Source of the DNA: Octopus vulgaris
Lineage: Eukaryota
Direction of reading: 5' to 3'
Length of the DNA: 64,000 bases
Assembly: GCA_951406725.2 (NCBI GenBank)
Contig: OX597835.1
Span: 43,400,001 to 43,464,000 of the forward strand
Shown here: positions 50,915-63,208 of the stretch, in pieces
How the letters are laid out: each line of letters opens with the position of its first letter
Position numbering within the stretch: the first letter of the stretch is position 1
Program-made: the position numbers and the translations under genes
Notes under the pieces: generated by a model
What the model was told of the DNA's origin: nothing
The model's database searches: none
Seen by the model: the letters and a program-made list of their open reading frames with translations, nothing else

Positions 50915-51125
50915 ACATTTAAATTGAATTTACCCAAATATTTTCGTCGCTTTGAGACCGCGACCTGTTCTCTGACGACGAAAATAATTTGGCAACTTAA
51001 ATTTATATGTTGAAGTGAATCTAACGGTTTTTGTGTTTTTAAATGGCTTATAAACACCTTCCACACTGCAATTGTTTTTGTTTCAGCACAGTCTCAGATC
51101 AGGTCACTTGCTGTGCAAGTACATC
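50915..51125. mobile_element. Penelope-like foldback, same family as 13992-14212 with a different inversion point
   Basis: ACATTTAAATT...TTTTCGTCG / CGACGAAAA...AATTTATATGT inverted pair, then the shared tail. Confidence 0.65.
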
Positions 51126-51171
51126 TCCGCAATAGCAACAACGCTAACTGCCAAAGCAACAATATATATAT

Positions 51172-51353
51172 AGGGAATAAATCCAAATTTACAGGGAAAA
51201 AATCAGATTTAGGATTAAATCCAATTTTATAGTAAAATATTATAAAATATTATTAGAGACAAAACCACTATTTTTTGACTATTTATTAAAATTTTATGTA
51301 TTGATTAAGTCTTTCCTTGTTTGTTTTGCAAAATAGTGGTTTTGTCTCTAATA

Positions 51354-51363
<10 letters not shown>
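51172..51363. repeat. Foldback with perfect 34-bp arms in (TA)n
   Basis: 51241-51274 / 51330-51363. Confidence 0.8.
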
Positions 51364-51398
<35 letters not shown>

Positions 51399-52036
51399 CT
51401 TGTACGTGTTTCAGCCATTAGATTGCGGTCATGCTGGAGCAACACCTTGAATTTTTAGTCGAACCAGTCGCGCGCACGCGTTAAATAAAATGAGACAACA
51501 AAGTCACGTCAGTGTGAAATTTCTTGGGACAATTACAGTACGGTAGCACTTACATAGCCTTACCTGCCATTCGGGGTCTTCTGAGTACCAAAACGTCTCA
51601 TATATATATATATATGAGAAAGTTCAAAAGGTCAACTTATTCTCATTAATCTGTAAGTGCTGAGAGAAGAAAACAAAAGGCTTTAAATATATTTTTTTAA
51701 ATGCTGATTTTTCTGCGACCAAACATTCTACAAGCTGGTGCTCCAACATGGCCGCGGTCCAATGACGGAAACAATTTTAATAGATTTTTAGAAAATAAAA
51801 AAACCGAAGTGTTATAAAAATAATTTTAATAGATTTCGCTGTTATTTCTAGCATGTGGAGATAAAAATTCTTTAAGGCCGCAGGCTAATAACTGCAACAA
51901 GTAAAAAGCGAAAAAAAATTCTGGGGTTGATACGGTCAACCAAAAATTCTTCAAGGCGGTGCCCCAGCATGACAGCAGTCTAATGAATGAAACAAGTAAA
52001 AGGTAAAAAAAACGAAAAATTAATCGAAAAATATAA

Positions 52037-52099
52037 CCGTGGGGCTTTTGTCCGTGGGTCTTTCGTCCGTGGGGCTTTCGTCCGAAGGGCTTTTATCCT
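52037..52099. repeat. 4 x 15-bp tandem repeat GGGGCTTTTGTCCGT
   Basis: Seen directly. Confidence 0.85.
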
Positions 52100-52104
52100 A
52101 TACA

Positions 52105-52179
<75 letters not shown>

Positions 52180-52377
52180 GATGGGCTTCTTTCAGACTAC
52201 CAAATCCACCATTAGACTGAACTCAAAGCGACGCCACGGGGTTGAGGAACAAAATTCTTACCATATAGCCATGCCTACATGTTGCTGGAACTTTGGCCGC
52301 ATGTCTTCTACTATAGCCTACGGCCGACGAAGGACTTGTTAGTGGATTTCATAGACGGAAACTGAAAGAAGCTCATC

Positions 52378-52418
<41 letters not shown>

Positions 52419-52422
<4 letters not shown>

Positions 52423-52534
52423 GAAGAGTGTATGCTCGAAACATAAAAGACTTTTTCTATTCCTGAGCGTTATACTAATACATTTGTTTGTTTTGTACAC
52501 CACCCGTCTTCGTCTTTTGTTTTTTTTTCGTAAA

Positions 52535-52536
<2 letters not shown>
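52419..52536 (+). mobile_element. Short Penelope-like element P1 in (TA)n
   Basis: TGTAGAAGAGTGTATGCTCGAAACATAAAAG plus P1 tail. Confidence 0.6.
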
Positions 52537-52574
<38 letters not shown>

Positions 52575-52926
52575 GAAATTTGACTGGTGACCACCGCTGC
52601 TACCATTTGCAGTTGCTTTTAGCTTAAGAGGCAGAGAGAATTAGGGTTTGCTAAGAAATGAAAGGGAGTGGAGGGCACAACACGTTACCAAAAGGTTCGG
52701 ATTCAGTTAACGGTTCCACACCCCGCTCCAATGCTCCAAGCAATGTGGTAATAACCGTCATATCTCATGATAAGCCAGCATGGAGAATCCGAGTGGCCTT
52801 CAATATCAATTAATAACAAACGTAGATCGGATTGCGCAACAAGCTAGTTTGATTGCGTAACAGTGACAACAGGCTCCCACGTCTATTTATATTAAGTTTT
52901 AAAATGCTAATTATATATTCTGCGCT

Positions 52927-52962
<36 letters not shown>

Positions 52963-52968
<6 letters not shown>

Positions 52969-54770
52969 GATTTTCCAGACGTATATCACTGTATATCTCT
53001 CCTGCCTTCGCTCTAGGGAGAAGAGTTGTAATACTTTCAGTCTTTCCCAGTAGCTGATATGTTGCATTGAGACGATCGTCTTCGTGTAGCTTCTTTGAAT
53101 TGCTTCGAGTTCTGCTGTTAGCTTTATATTGTGTGGTAACCATAGTTGGGAGTAGTAGTCCAAGCGGCTGAGGACAAATGTCTTCCAAAGGACCATCAGT
53201 GTCTCCTTCTCTCTTGTTCTGAAATTTCGGAGAATCCATCCAGCTAGCCGTCTGCATTTTATCACCAAATTAGTAATATGCACTTGGAAAGAGGAATCAT
53301 TGCTCATGTCAATGCCCAGGTCACGCACTGATTTTGACTCAGGAATTACAATTCTTCCCGGGCCAGTGTATCCAGTCTGCATGTCGTTTACCTTTGTGTG
53401 CCGGTAACGCAGGGCCTGGAACTTCCCTGCATTAAACTGCGCGTTGTTGTCCTCAGCCCACCTGTATATTGTATCCAATTCCTGTTGCAGATGTGCAATA
53501 TTTCCAGGGTTTAGTATTGTGTGGGAGACTTTTGTGTCATCTGCATAGCTAGCAAGGGTGGCCATCTTAGCAACTGAGGGCATGTCTGAAAGGGCCACTA
53601 TGAACAGCAGTGGCCCCAAGACAGTGCCCTGTGGAACACCGCTTGTTATTTGTGTTTCCTTGGAGGTGACTCCATTGGTCACAACTGCCTGCCTTCTATC
53701 TTTTAGGAAGTTGTGCAGCCACTCTTCAAGTTTTCCGCCTATGCCGAGACCAACGCAGTTTGTGACAGATCATACAGTGGTCGACTTTATCAAAGGCTTT
53801 TGCAAAGTCGAGATATATCACATCTACATTTGAGCCACTTAATAGCTGTTTTAACACCCAGTTATAGTGTTGCAGGAGCTGTGTTAGGCAGCTTCTACCT
53901 GGTCAAAATCCATGCTGGGTGTCAGTCAGCAAGTCATTTTCTTCAAGGAACATGATCAGTTTCTTGCGGACTATTCGTTCCATGACTTTGCTGATGTGTG
54001 ACGTCAGAGAGATAGCCCTATAATTTTTAGCATCTGCTCTGCTTCCTCCCTTATGGATAGGACATACTACCCCCTCTTTCAATTTGACTGGGAGCTTACC
54101 ACTTGCAAGAGAGCTCTGAAAAAGAAGCTGTAGCGGTTTTGCAAGGGCTCGTTTGCACGATTTGAGAAGGATCGCTGGGAATCCATCAGGTCCAGCAGCT
54201 GAGTTTGTGTCAATCTCATCTATGGCTAGTGTGATATCATCATCTTCGATGTTGATGTACTCAATTTTTGCTTCTTTGGCCACAGGTAAAGTGGGAAAGA
54301 ATTATTCTGGGTTGTTACTTGCCTGTGTCCTAGAAGTGTAGTGAACACACTTTGGAACTGTTCGTTCAGTATTTCACTTATCCTCGTGGGATTTCTTGTG
54401 AGGGAGCCATCTTTTTGGAAGAGAGGTCCTATTCTCTGGCGCACTGTGGCTGTCTCTTTGGCAAACTTAAAGAAGGCTTTAGGGTTTGACTTGATATTTT
54501 CTATTACCCAAGCTTCTTTATCTGCTCTCTCCTTTTCATGAGATTAATGCAGACTTTTCTCAATTTCCATTAGCATTCTCTTGAGCCGAGACTTCTCACC
54601 ACTTTTGGTGTGCTTGCTCAGGCGGTTCGCAATCCTTGTCCGTCGTCTCATAAGAATCTTCCTTTCTCTAGGGATCCTGTTTTTGTTTTTGTGTGTGCTG
54701 GCCCTGCACACTGGGACATATTTGACACATATAACTTGTATTATGGACATGAAACGTTTGTGTTTCATGT
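52963..54770 (-). mobile_element. CR1-like LINE reverse-transcriptase region (frameshifted)
   Basis: AAGPDGFP...PIHKGG...NYRAISLTS...QHGF, GVPQGTVLGPLLF, YADD motifs; closely related to 38892-39725. Confidence 0.93.
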
Positions 54771-55172
54771 CAATGTCGTAGATACAAAAATTGAATATCT
54801 TCGAAATATATTTAATTTTCTTAATATATTTAGTTTTTCTATCCACATATATCCGTATATATGTTTGTGTGTGTGTGTGGTAAGAAACTTGCTTCCCAAC
54901 TACATCATTCCGGGTTCAGTCGCACTTCGCGGCATCTTGGGTAAGTGACTTCTATAGCCGCGGGCCGACCGAAACCTGGTGTGTAGTAGCTCAAAAAAGC
55001 CCGTCGTATATATATGCTTGTATGTGTGTGTGCGTGTGCATGTATGCGTGTGTGTGTGTGTGTATATGTGCCGTGTGTGTTCATACACGCATGGGAGTTA
55101 AAGCGTCGCGGTTGTGACCTACTTCATCTTTCATCACATATCTCGGACTATCTTATCCAATATATCCTTTTC

Positions 55173-55592
55173 GGATCTTTTCGGTTTGAACGGCAGTTTT
55201 TTCTAGCGGTGTCATATGAAATTGTCACCCAAAATTATGACCCTAGTATCGATCTATTGCATTTCAATCTGTTATAGGGTTAGGGTTAGGGGTGAGGGGA
55301 AGGGTATCTTTTTTTCTTCACAAATGTAAATAAACCCAATCTATTTCTTAAACGAGGGACATATTCATACGGCACAGAATGTTTTTTTACCTCAGTACAC
55401 GTCATTGATTGGTTGAAATTGCAGAAATTGAAGAAGAAAAAAACAACAAATATCTTACAGACTATAGAATTTTCTCAATAAAGCCAAGAGAAAAAGATAT
55501 TTTATAAACACATTCTACCAGTATACGAAGTTTAACATTTTTTAGTTACCTAGAAATTATGTTAAAAACTGCAGTTCAGACCGAAAAGATCC
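55173..55592 (+). mobile_element. Merlin-like MITE M1
   Basis: TIRs; TSD TCCTTTTC/TCCGTTTC. Confidence 0.9.
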
Positions 55593-55917
55593 TCCGTTTC
55601 CTTTAAGACATTAGGCCGTGATTCGAAGAAGGTTTAGCTGCTATTACTATCAAGGCAAGTAAAGACGGCGTGCTGGCAGAATTATGAGTGCGTCGTACAA
55701 AAATTGCTCAGCAGCATTTCTTCTGGTTCTTTACGCTTCTGAGAATTCGAAATTCCACCTCGGTCGACTTTGCTTTTCATCTTCTCTGGATCGATAAAAT
55801 GGCCACCAGTTGAGCACTAGGGTTTCGATGCAACCCCTTCCCTTCAAAATTGCCGGCCTTGTGCCTATGGGAGCAAGGATTATTAAACCATGCATCCACA
55901 TAAAAAAAATTGAGTAG

Positions 55918-55953
<36 letters not shown>

Positions 55954-56307
55954 CAGTGGTGGTGGTGGTGGTGATTGTGGTGGTAACGGTGGTAACAGTG
56001 GCGGCGGAAAATTATTTGAATGAGGTTCACAATCAGTATATTAATTTAGGCAGGGTGTTTTATGGGTGGATAGGGGGTGGCTGCCGACCCCCTGCAATTC
56101 CTTCTTCATTCATTGATAAAGGAATTCGTCTGAATGTGAACCAGAACTTTGAGGCGAGAGAGGTCAAATCAGGATTGATGGCGAAAGTATAAATACACGC
56201 GCACACACACACACACACACACAAAGAGAATAATACTCTCATACACTTAAATACACATTGCATATACATACACATACATATACAATGCACAAACACATAC
56301 ACAATCT

Positions 56308-56382
<75 letters not shown>

Positions 56383-56383
<1 letters not shown>

Positions 56384-56545
56384 TTTATTTAAAAGCAGCA
56401 GAAATTCAACAAAACCTGTTACCCTAACCCTAACCCTAACCTGTTTTATTGAATTTCTGCTGCTTTTAAATAAAGCATATTACTATACCCCTGGTATTTG
56501 AGTACTCTTTTTTTCCACCTTGTTTCACATTTATGTGTTTACTCC

Positions 56546-56548
<3 letters not shown>
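56383..56548. mobile_element. Penelope-like P2 foldback with (CCCTAA)3 at the inversion centre
   Basis: Arms 56383-56415 / 56443-56475; telomeric repeat 56422-56441; tail matches 24522-24626. Confidence 0.8.
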
Positions 56549-56596
<48 letters not shown>

Positions 56597-56615
56597 TCTT
56601 TCTCTTTTACTCTTC

Positions 56616-56639
<24 letters not shown>

Positions 56640-56649
<10 letters not shown>

Positions 56650-56880
56650 TATGCGTGTGTGTGTTTGTGTGTCTGTGTTTGTCCCCCTAGCATTGCTTGA
56701 CAACCAATGCTGGTGTGTTTACGTCCTCGTCACCTAGCGGTTCAGCTAAAGAGACTGATAGAATAAGTACTGGGCTTACAAAGAATAAGTTCCGGGGTCG
56801 ATTTGATCGACTAAAAGGCGGTGCTCCAGCATGGCCGCAGTCAAATGACTGAAACAAGTAAAAGAGTAAAAAGAGAGAGT
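56640..56880 (+). mobile_element. SINE A 3' half
   Basis: Matches family A tail half. Confidence 0.85.
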
Positions 56881-56890
56881 AATATATATA

Positions 56891-56940
<50 letters not shown>

Positions 56941-57609
56941 CTATACTAGATTGTTAATATTAGCGACAGACACTGTATTAATCCCAAGAGGTAATGTTTG
57001 TCCCCTCTACATATACATATGTTCAACACATACCATAATACTAACCCATAATACACAATACGTATACATATACACGCAATGCATACATACACAATACATA
57101 CTCTCTCATACAGTCTGTAGAAACTCACACAAACATACACAATAGACACACACACACACTCACACACACACACTCACACACACAATTCACCCACGTGGTC
57201 AGTATTTCCAAACAACTTATTTTGTGTGGGATGGGCTTTCTGAGAATTTCATATTCTCTCTCTTTCTTTACTTTCTTCCTCAATCTCCCTCTCCCTCTCT
57301 CACTTTCGTCTTACTCTCTACTCTCTTTTCCCCCTCTCTCTCCATTCCCCATTCTCTCTTACTCTCTCCCTCTCTCTTTATTTCTCTATTCAATGTGTGT
57401 GTTTTATTTTTAGAAATTGTTTTTCTCGAATAGCTGCTTTCTTGCTTAGAAACGGGGTTCTTTCAAGCAAATCGAACGCAAGCTGGGTCTCAATCAATCC
57501 CGGTTGGGTCAATGACCCCTAAAAAACATCATTGATCATGTGTCCCCTTGCATCACAGAATGATATTTGGAAAAGCATACAACATCAACGGGGTAATCAC
57601 ATATGTACG

Positions 57610-60600
57610 TACGTATGTATGTCATTATTCAGGTTATTTCCGGATTTCTTGCCAATAGAGAAAGAACCGGTTTATAACCTAGATTCAAGGCTCCTTCATT
57701 GGAATTTCAACATCAACAATAGGGTATTTTTGTTTGTTTGTATGTATGTATATATGTGTGCCGATTTGTATGTTTTGTTTTATGTATGCCTTCTCATGCA
57801 TATAGTTGCATATCTAGACATGCTCATATATATTTAAATGATAAACTTCCGAAAAGTTTTACAGAATTTTACAGTTCCAGTTATGGCTTGGATCTGTAGT
57901 CTTCAAATTCGCTTTCTCCTTTCTGGTTTTGAGAAGCCTAATTTCTCAAGATTGGTATTTAGGCAGTGTGCTACATATCTCAGGGCCCCAATAATTACAG
58001 GTATAAACCCAAACTTGTAATCTGGATAGAGTAACTGCAGATTTCTCAATAGTTCAGCATAAGTCCTCTCTTTTTCACTGATCTTCAGCTTTTTGTTAAC
58101 ATCCGCTGGGCAGCTAATTTCCAAAAGCATGCACAGTTTCTCTTCTCTATCCCAAATCAGTATATCAGGTCTGTTGTGCTTACATTTTATTGAGGTCTTC
58201 ACTGGTACATTCCACCGGTATTCCTTTTTATTATGAGTGGCTATGGCTGCTACCACATTGTGGGTTCTTATTTCTTTGTCCTTGGGGTTATCCTTCCGAC
58301 GGATTTCATTATAGAGTATCATAGCTACAACGTCATATCTCATCGGTAAATAATACCGTGATGACATTTTCGGACAACTGCTTTTTCTGCATCTCCATCC
58401 CTTCTGTGCATCCGGTACTTGGTTGATATTTCCTGGGTTGCAAACGCATACCCTTCAAAGTGGGAGGTAGTAATCCAGTTATTCGTCCATGATAAACTGC
58501 TTTGATGATCGATGTTACTATCATCACGGAGCTTTCTGCTAATATGTCTATGCATGGTCTGCTGCTCATATAGGATCATCCTTTCATCTGATGATATGTT
58601 GCGGTAGAGTCATGTGACTTCTTTGGACATGTATTCTAGGTTATCAAAGAGTGTTGCTCAAGGAGCTGGCTTCCAAATCTTATGATGTTATCAGGCTCAT
58701 GTATGCCAATTTGGTCAAGGAATGCACTTCGACACTTGGTGGTTAAAAGATGTTGTCGAAGGGATATGATGCGACATTCAAAGGCATTTTGGATAGATGT
58801 TAAGCCTCTGCTGCCTTCTTTTTGGTTTAGGTAAGGGCGGTCTACAACCAAAATGCTGGTATGAGTACTGGCACCGCAAATATATTATGGGCCAGTTTTT
58901 TTGTTTTTGTTTTTTGAATGCATAGAGTTCTGAGGTCCAAATTTTCTTTGCTCGGCTGTAATATTCTTTAGTGGCACGTGTTCTGTTACAGGTGCCATTG
59001 TAAGACATATTTTCATCCACCCGCAGATACCCGTAACACTCAGACTTAACATGAATGACAAGGGGTTTACAGAAAGTATAAACAACATCACAGAGAGGCT
59101 GTCCCCTTGGAATATGCTTTTGCGACACTATATTCTATCGGTGATAATATAGTCACTTTATGTGTTTAATTTCAAGATGGTGGCTCACGATGAATTCAGG
59201 TCAGCTATGGCTTTGACTATTCTCATTGCAAGTTGAAGGGCTTCTAGCATCCATGAGATAATCAAAGGCTTTCTTGTGGTCTAGCCACATTAAAACTGGG
59301 TTCCTCCTATGCTCTTGCACTTCTGACATCACAGATTTGGTTTATTAACAATTGCACGGCACATTCCCAGACTCCCTTCTTCCCAGCTGCTTGTTCTCCT
59401 CTGATAATATTATTGGTTTCACAATGGCCCCGGAGGAAGAGGTTTAAACATGCTGTATATATATCTTATACATTAAGTTCTGGCATGCAATTGGCTGGTA
59501 GTTTGTTTTGCCATGTGGGAAGTTCTGCATTTGGGGATCAATTTTATCTCTGCCAGAGCTAACCGGTGTGGTATGCTACTGTTCCTAAGGAAAGCTTGCT
59601 GGTACAGATTGTTAAGATATGGTCGGTAGAATGTTAGCTTCTTGTACCAATATCCAACAATCAAGGCTCTTTCAGGTGCTTTTCCATCCTGGAGTTTCTG
59701 GATCACATTTGAAAGAGTTTCATCATCAATGTTGCATATCTTGGATGTAACGCAGGATTAATAACTTTTTCAGATTTCTTCCAGCCACAGAGCATCTTGG
59801 CTAAATCTTCTCTTCACTCCAGATTTTCCTCCATAGGGAGTCTATGTCTTCTCGTGAAGGAGCTTCCGTGATGTTTACTGCTCCTCCTCTCATGTCTCTG
59901 TATACTGCTGCCTGGTTGCGATTAAATGTTTTGTTTATTGTTCTTCTGTCGGTTATTCTTTTCTGAATATCGGAGTTTTTACTGACAGCCTTTAGCTCCT
60001 TCTTGAGGACAAACAGTGTGCAAATGATTGTTCTCTTTTTGTTGTCTCCAAACATTATTTCTATCTCTTTCTTTACTTCCTCTTGGTGGGACGTATAGTG
60101 ATTTGCTTGTTTGCATGCAATAAGCATCATTACATGACTGAAGGTCTTCCGTAAACCAGTTATCGGATCTTTTCGGTTTGAACGGCAGTTTTTAACATAA
60201 TTTCTAGGTAAAAAATTTTAAACTTCGTATACTGGTAGAATGTGTTTATAAAACATCTTTTTCTCTTGGCTTTATTGAGAAAATTCTATAGTTTCTAAGA
60301 TATTTGTTGTTGTTTTTCTTCAGTTTCTGCAATTTCAACCAATCAATGACGTCTATTGAGGTAAAAAAACATTCTGTGCCGTATGAATATGTCCCTCGTT
60401 TAAGAAACAGATTGGGTTTATTTACATTTGTGAAGAAAAAAAGATACCCTTCCCCCCACCTCTAACCCTAACCCTAAAACAGATTGAAATGCAATAGATC
60501 GATATTAGGGTCATGATTATGGGTGACAATTTCATATGACACCGCTAGAAAATGTGCCGTTCAAACCGAAAAAAACTGCCGATAACCCAGTTATCTTTTT

Positions 60601-60880
60601 CTCTGTCTTCAAAACCCATGATGATACTTACTTTCTTTGTTATTTCGGTTTTGTTTACTTTTCGAATATCATTCATCTACTGTTTTACAGTAGGAGCCAG
60701 AGCAATACAGGCAGGCGTTAATCTGCCAGTGTGTGGGTTCATCACACTGTTGTAAATACTCGTTAACAGCTTTTAATACCGTAACTGGTGTTTTTTTTTA
60801 CTTACTTTGCCAGAGAATACTCTCTCCTCGAGAGAGTCCTTAAAAGCCAAAATTAATTTTTTTCTCGAAAAATGTCAGTA
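57610..60880 (-). mobile_element. R4/Dong-clade non-LTR retrotransposon, long decayed copy
   Basis: KAP...IVGYWYKKL RT-proximal motif, GSRGLTS, YYLPMRYDVVA and HNRPDILIWD...LLEISCP...PVIIGAL endonuclease; many stops and frameshifts. Confidence 0.88.
60165..60587 (-). mobile_element. Merlin-like MITE M1 inside the Dong element
   Basis: TSD CAGTTATC on both sides; right TIR rearranged. Confidence 0.88.
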
Positions 60881-60931
60881 AGGGCACATTTCACCGGCAT
60901 ATAATCCTGACTATTACTACTGCTGCTGCGG

Positions 60932-60976
<45 letters not shown>

Positions 60977-61569
60977 ATAATAATAATAATAATACTATAA
61001 CAACAACGATAATCGCTGCGGTTGTTTTCCCGCTGTTTACCATAGTCGTAGTAGGTGGACAGTGGTCAGCTACTTGAGCCAGTAATGTAGTTTGGCTGGC
61101 AGGCACTGCGGAGTCTGTTGGAACGCCGCTAGCTGCGAAACCACGTGGTGGTCTTATATCATCCACGTTTTCGTTCTTGTTTATAGAGTCGGGAAGAAGG
61201 TTAATTTTCGATTTTTTAATAAAGCTACAATTACTAACCTTCTTTCTATATTCTATAAATGCTAATTTCAAGTTACGATCGTGAATAAAAGGCTCCTTCA
61301 GTTAATTCATCTGAAGATTAACCAGTTATTTAACAAGGCTGGATGACGTGGCTCCAAAGGTGGAGATGGTATTCATCGTATTTTCGATAGTCTCTCACGC
61401 CAAATACGCAACTTGTCGCTTCGAATGTATGAATGTATTTATGTTTCTTCTATTTTTTAAATTATTATTAATCTTCCTCTGAGGAGGGAGCCGGTTTCCA
61501 ACAAAGATACAAGGCTCCATCATTGGAATTAAGTTAACGCAGACAAATTCACATTTGGAACTTGAGAAA

Positions 61570-61757
61570 AAGGGCAGACAAAGGGATTAAGTCGATTACA
61601 TCGAATAAAATGCGTAACTGGTAATTATTTAATCGACCCCGAAAAGATGAAAGGCAAAGTCGACCTCGGTGGAATTTGAACTCAGAATGTAAAGACAGAT
61701 GAAATACCGCTAAGCGTCTCGCCCGGCGTGCTAACGATTCTGCCAGCTCGCCGCCTT
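61570..61757 (-). mobile_element. SINE B copy
   Basis: Matches family B. Confidence 0.85.
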
Positions 61758-62147
61758 AATGATGTAAAATATTACATTAATTATATAATAACCCCAATCA
61801 TAGTAGTGAGCATAATGAAAAGAACACCATAGCGTATCTTAGAAAAATTAAAACAAATGCAATATTGAAAACCTCATTAAGGGTTGAGGTTCATTTAAAG
61901 TTTTGCTACAACCTCATACTGTACCTAGGCCATTCAAAAACTTCACCATGGTCTTCACATAGTCCAGAGGTGGGTTTTGTCCGGACCCCATGACTACTAA
62001 TACAGCAAACCCTTTTCATATATTTATGTACGAAAAGTTCTGCGGAGCATTTAAGAAAAAAATCCTATGTATCCATAGGATTTTTTTAAAATGATTCTCA
62101 GGAAATCAGTCAAGGGTCACGTCTGGATAGCAGATAGAATGGAAGGA

Positions 62148-62193
<46 letters not shown>

Positions 62194-62496
62194 ATGATAA
62201 GGAAGAAAGAAAGTCTACAATTAAGTGTGAGAAGACGAGAGGGAGAGAAGAAGTAGGGATGCTAGAAAAGGAATATTAGGACGAGAGAGAGAGAGAGAGA
62301 GAGAGAGTCGCAAAAAAAATATATAAAATTACTGTTAACAAAAAATGGGGATGTGTGACGTTCAGATATTCTATAAATGAAAAATGCATTTAGTACTACA
62401 AAACGTACACGTAGGACACACACAATGACCCTAACGCTTCCGTTTGTAGAAAACATAAATCCAGGGAAGAAACACACTCTAAGATGTAGAGCAGTG

Positions 62497-62672
62497 TATA
62501 TTTTAATGGGGGAATCCAGTTTATGGGATTACCCTGGGTTTCCCGTCCATAAAGAGTTTGGCTCTATGGTGTATCGTTTGACCTAAAAAAATCTGTTGGC
62601 CATAAAGCTAAACCCTTTATGGACGGGAAACCCAGGGTAATCCTATGAACCGGACTCCCCCATTAAAATATA
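62497..62672. mobile_element. Hairpin MITE with ~70-bp TIRs, TATA-flanked
   Basis: TTTTAATGGGGGAATCC...CTATGG / CCATAAAG...GGACTCCCCCATTAAAA. Confidence 0.8.
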
Positions 62673-63017
62673 TATATATATATATAAAATATAATTGCCT
62701 AAATGTGGCGGTCCCATAGAGTACGATGCTACTGTTGTTTTTAGCCCCAGGAGGACATCTCCTCCTGCTGGCTAATAGCACACTGCTTTGTATCTGATTA
62801 GTATTTGCGAAGAAAAATTATCGTTCCAAATTCTAGCCTTATGTGATACACACAGACCCGGGTTTCTGAATAGTAGCCCGTCATCAGTGTGTGATAATCA
62901 CAAGCTAGTAATGAAAACTCATTCCACATGGAAAATAGTATATGCTTTTTCCAGTGACACACACACATGTATGCATGTGTGTATATGTAATTATACGTTT
63001 ATCTATAAATATGTAAG

Positions 63018-63060
<43 letters not shown>

Positions 63061-63208
63061 CTGTGTGTCCATGTATAAGTGTTTACGTATGTACGTATAT
63101 TTCTGTCCGTCTGACAGCGCGCACGCCAGTGCCTGAGTGTGTCCAGTAGCCTTGAGTTATTTGCAGAATATTTCAAAAAATATTTGACACTACAGAGCAC
63201 AGCACATA

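Noticed and set aside
52810-54283. Active reverse-transcriptase gene
   Set aside because: Frameshifts and deletions between the ORF pieces, and truncation by a (CA)n tract.
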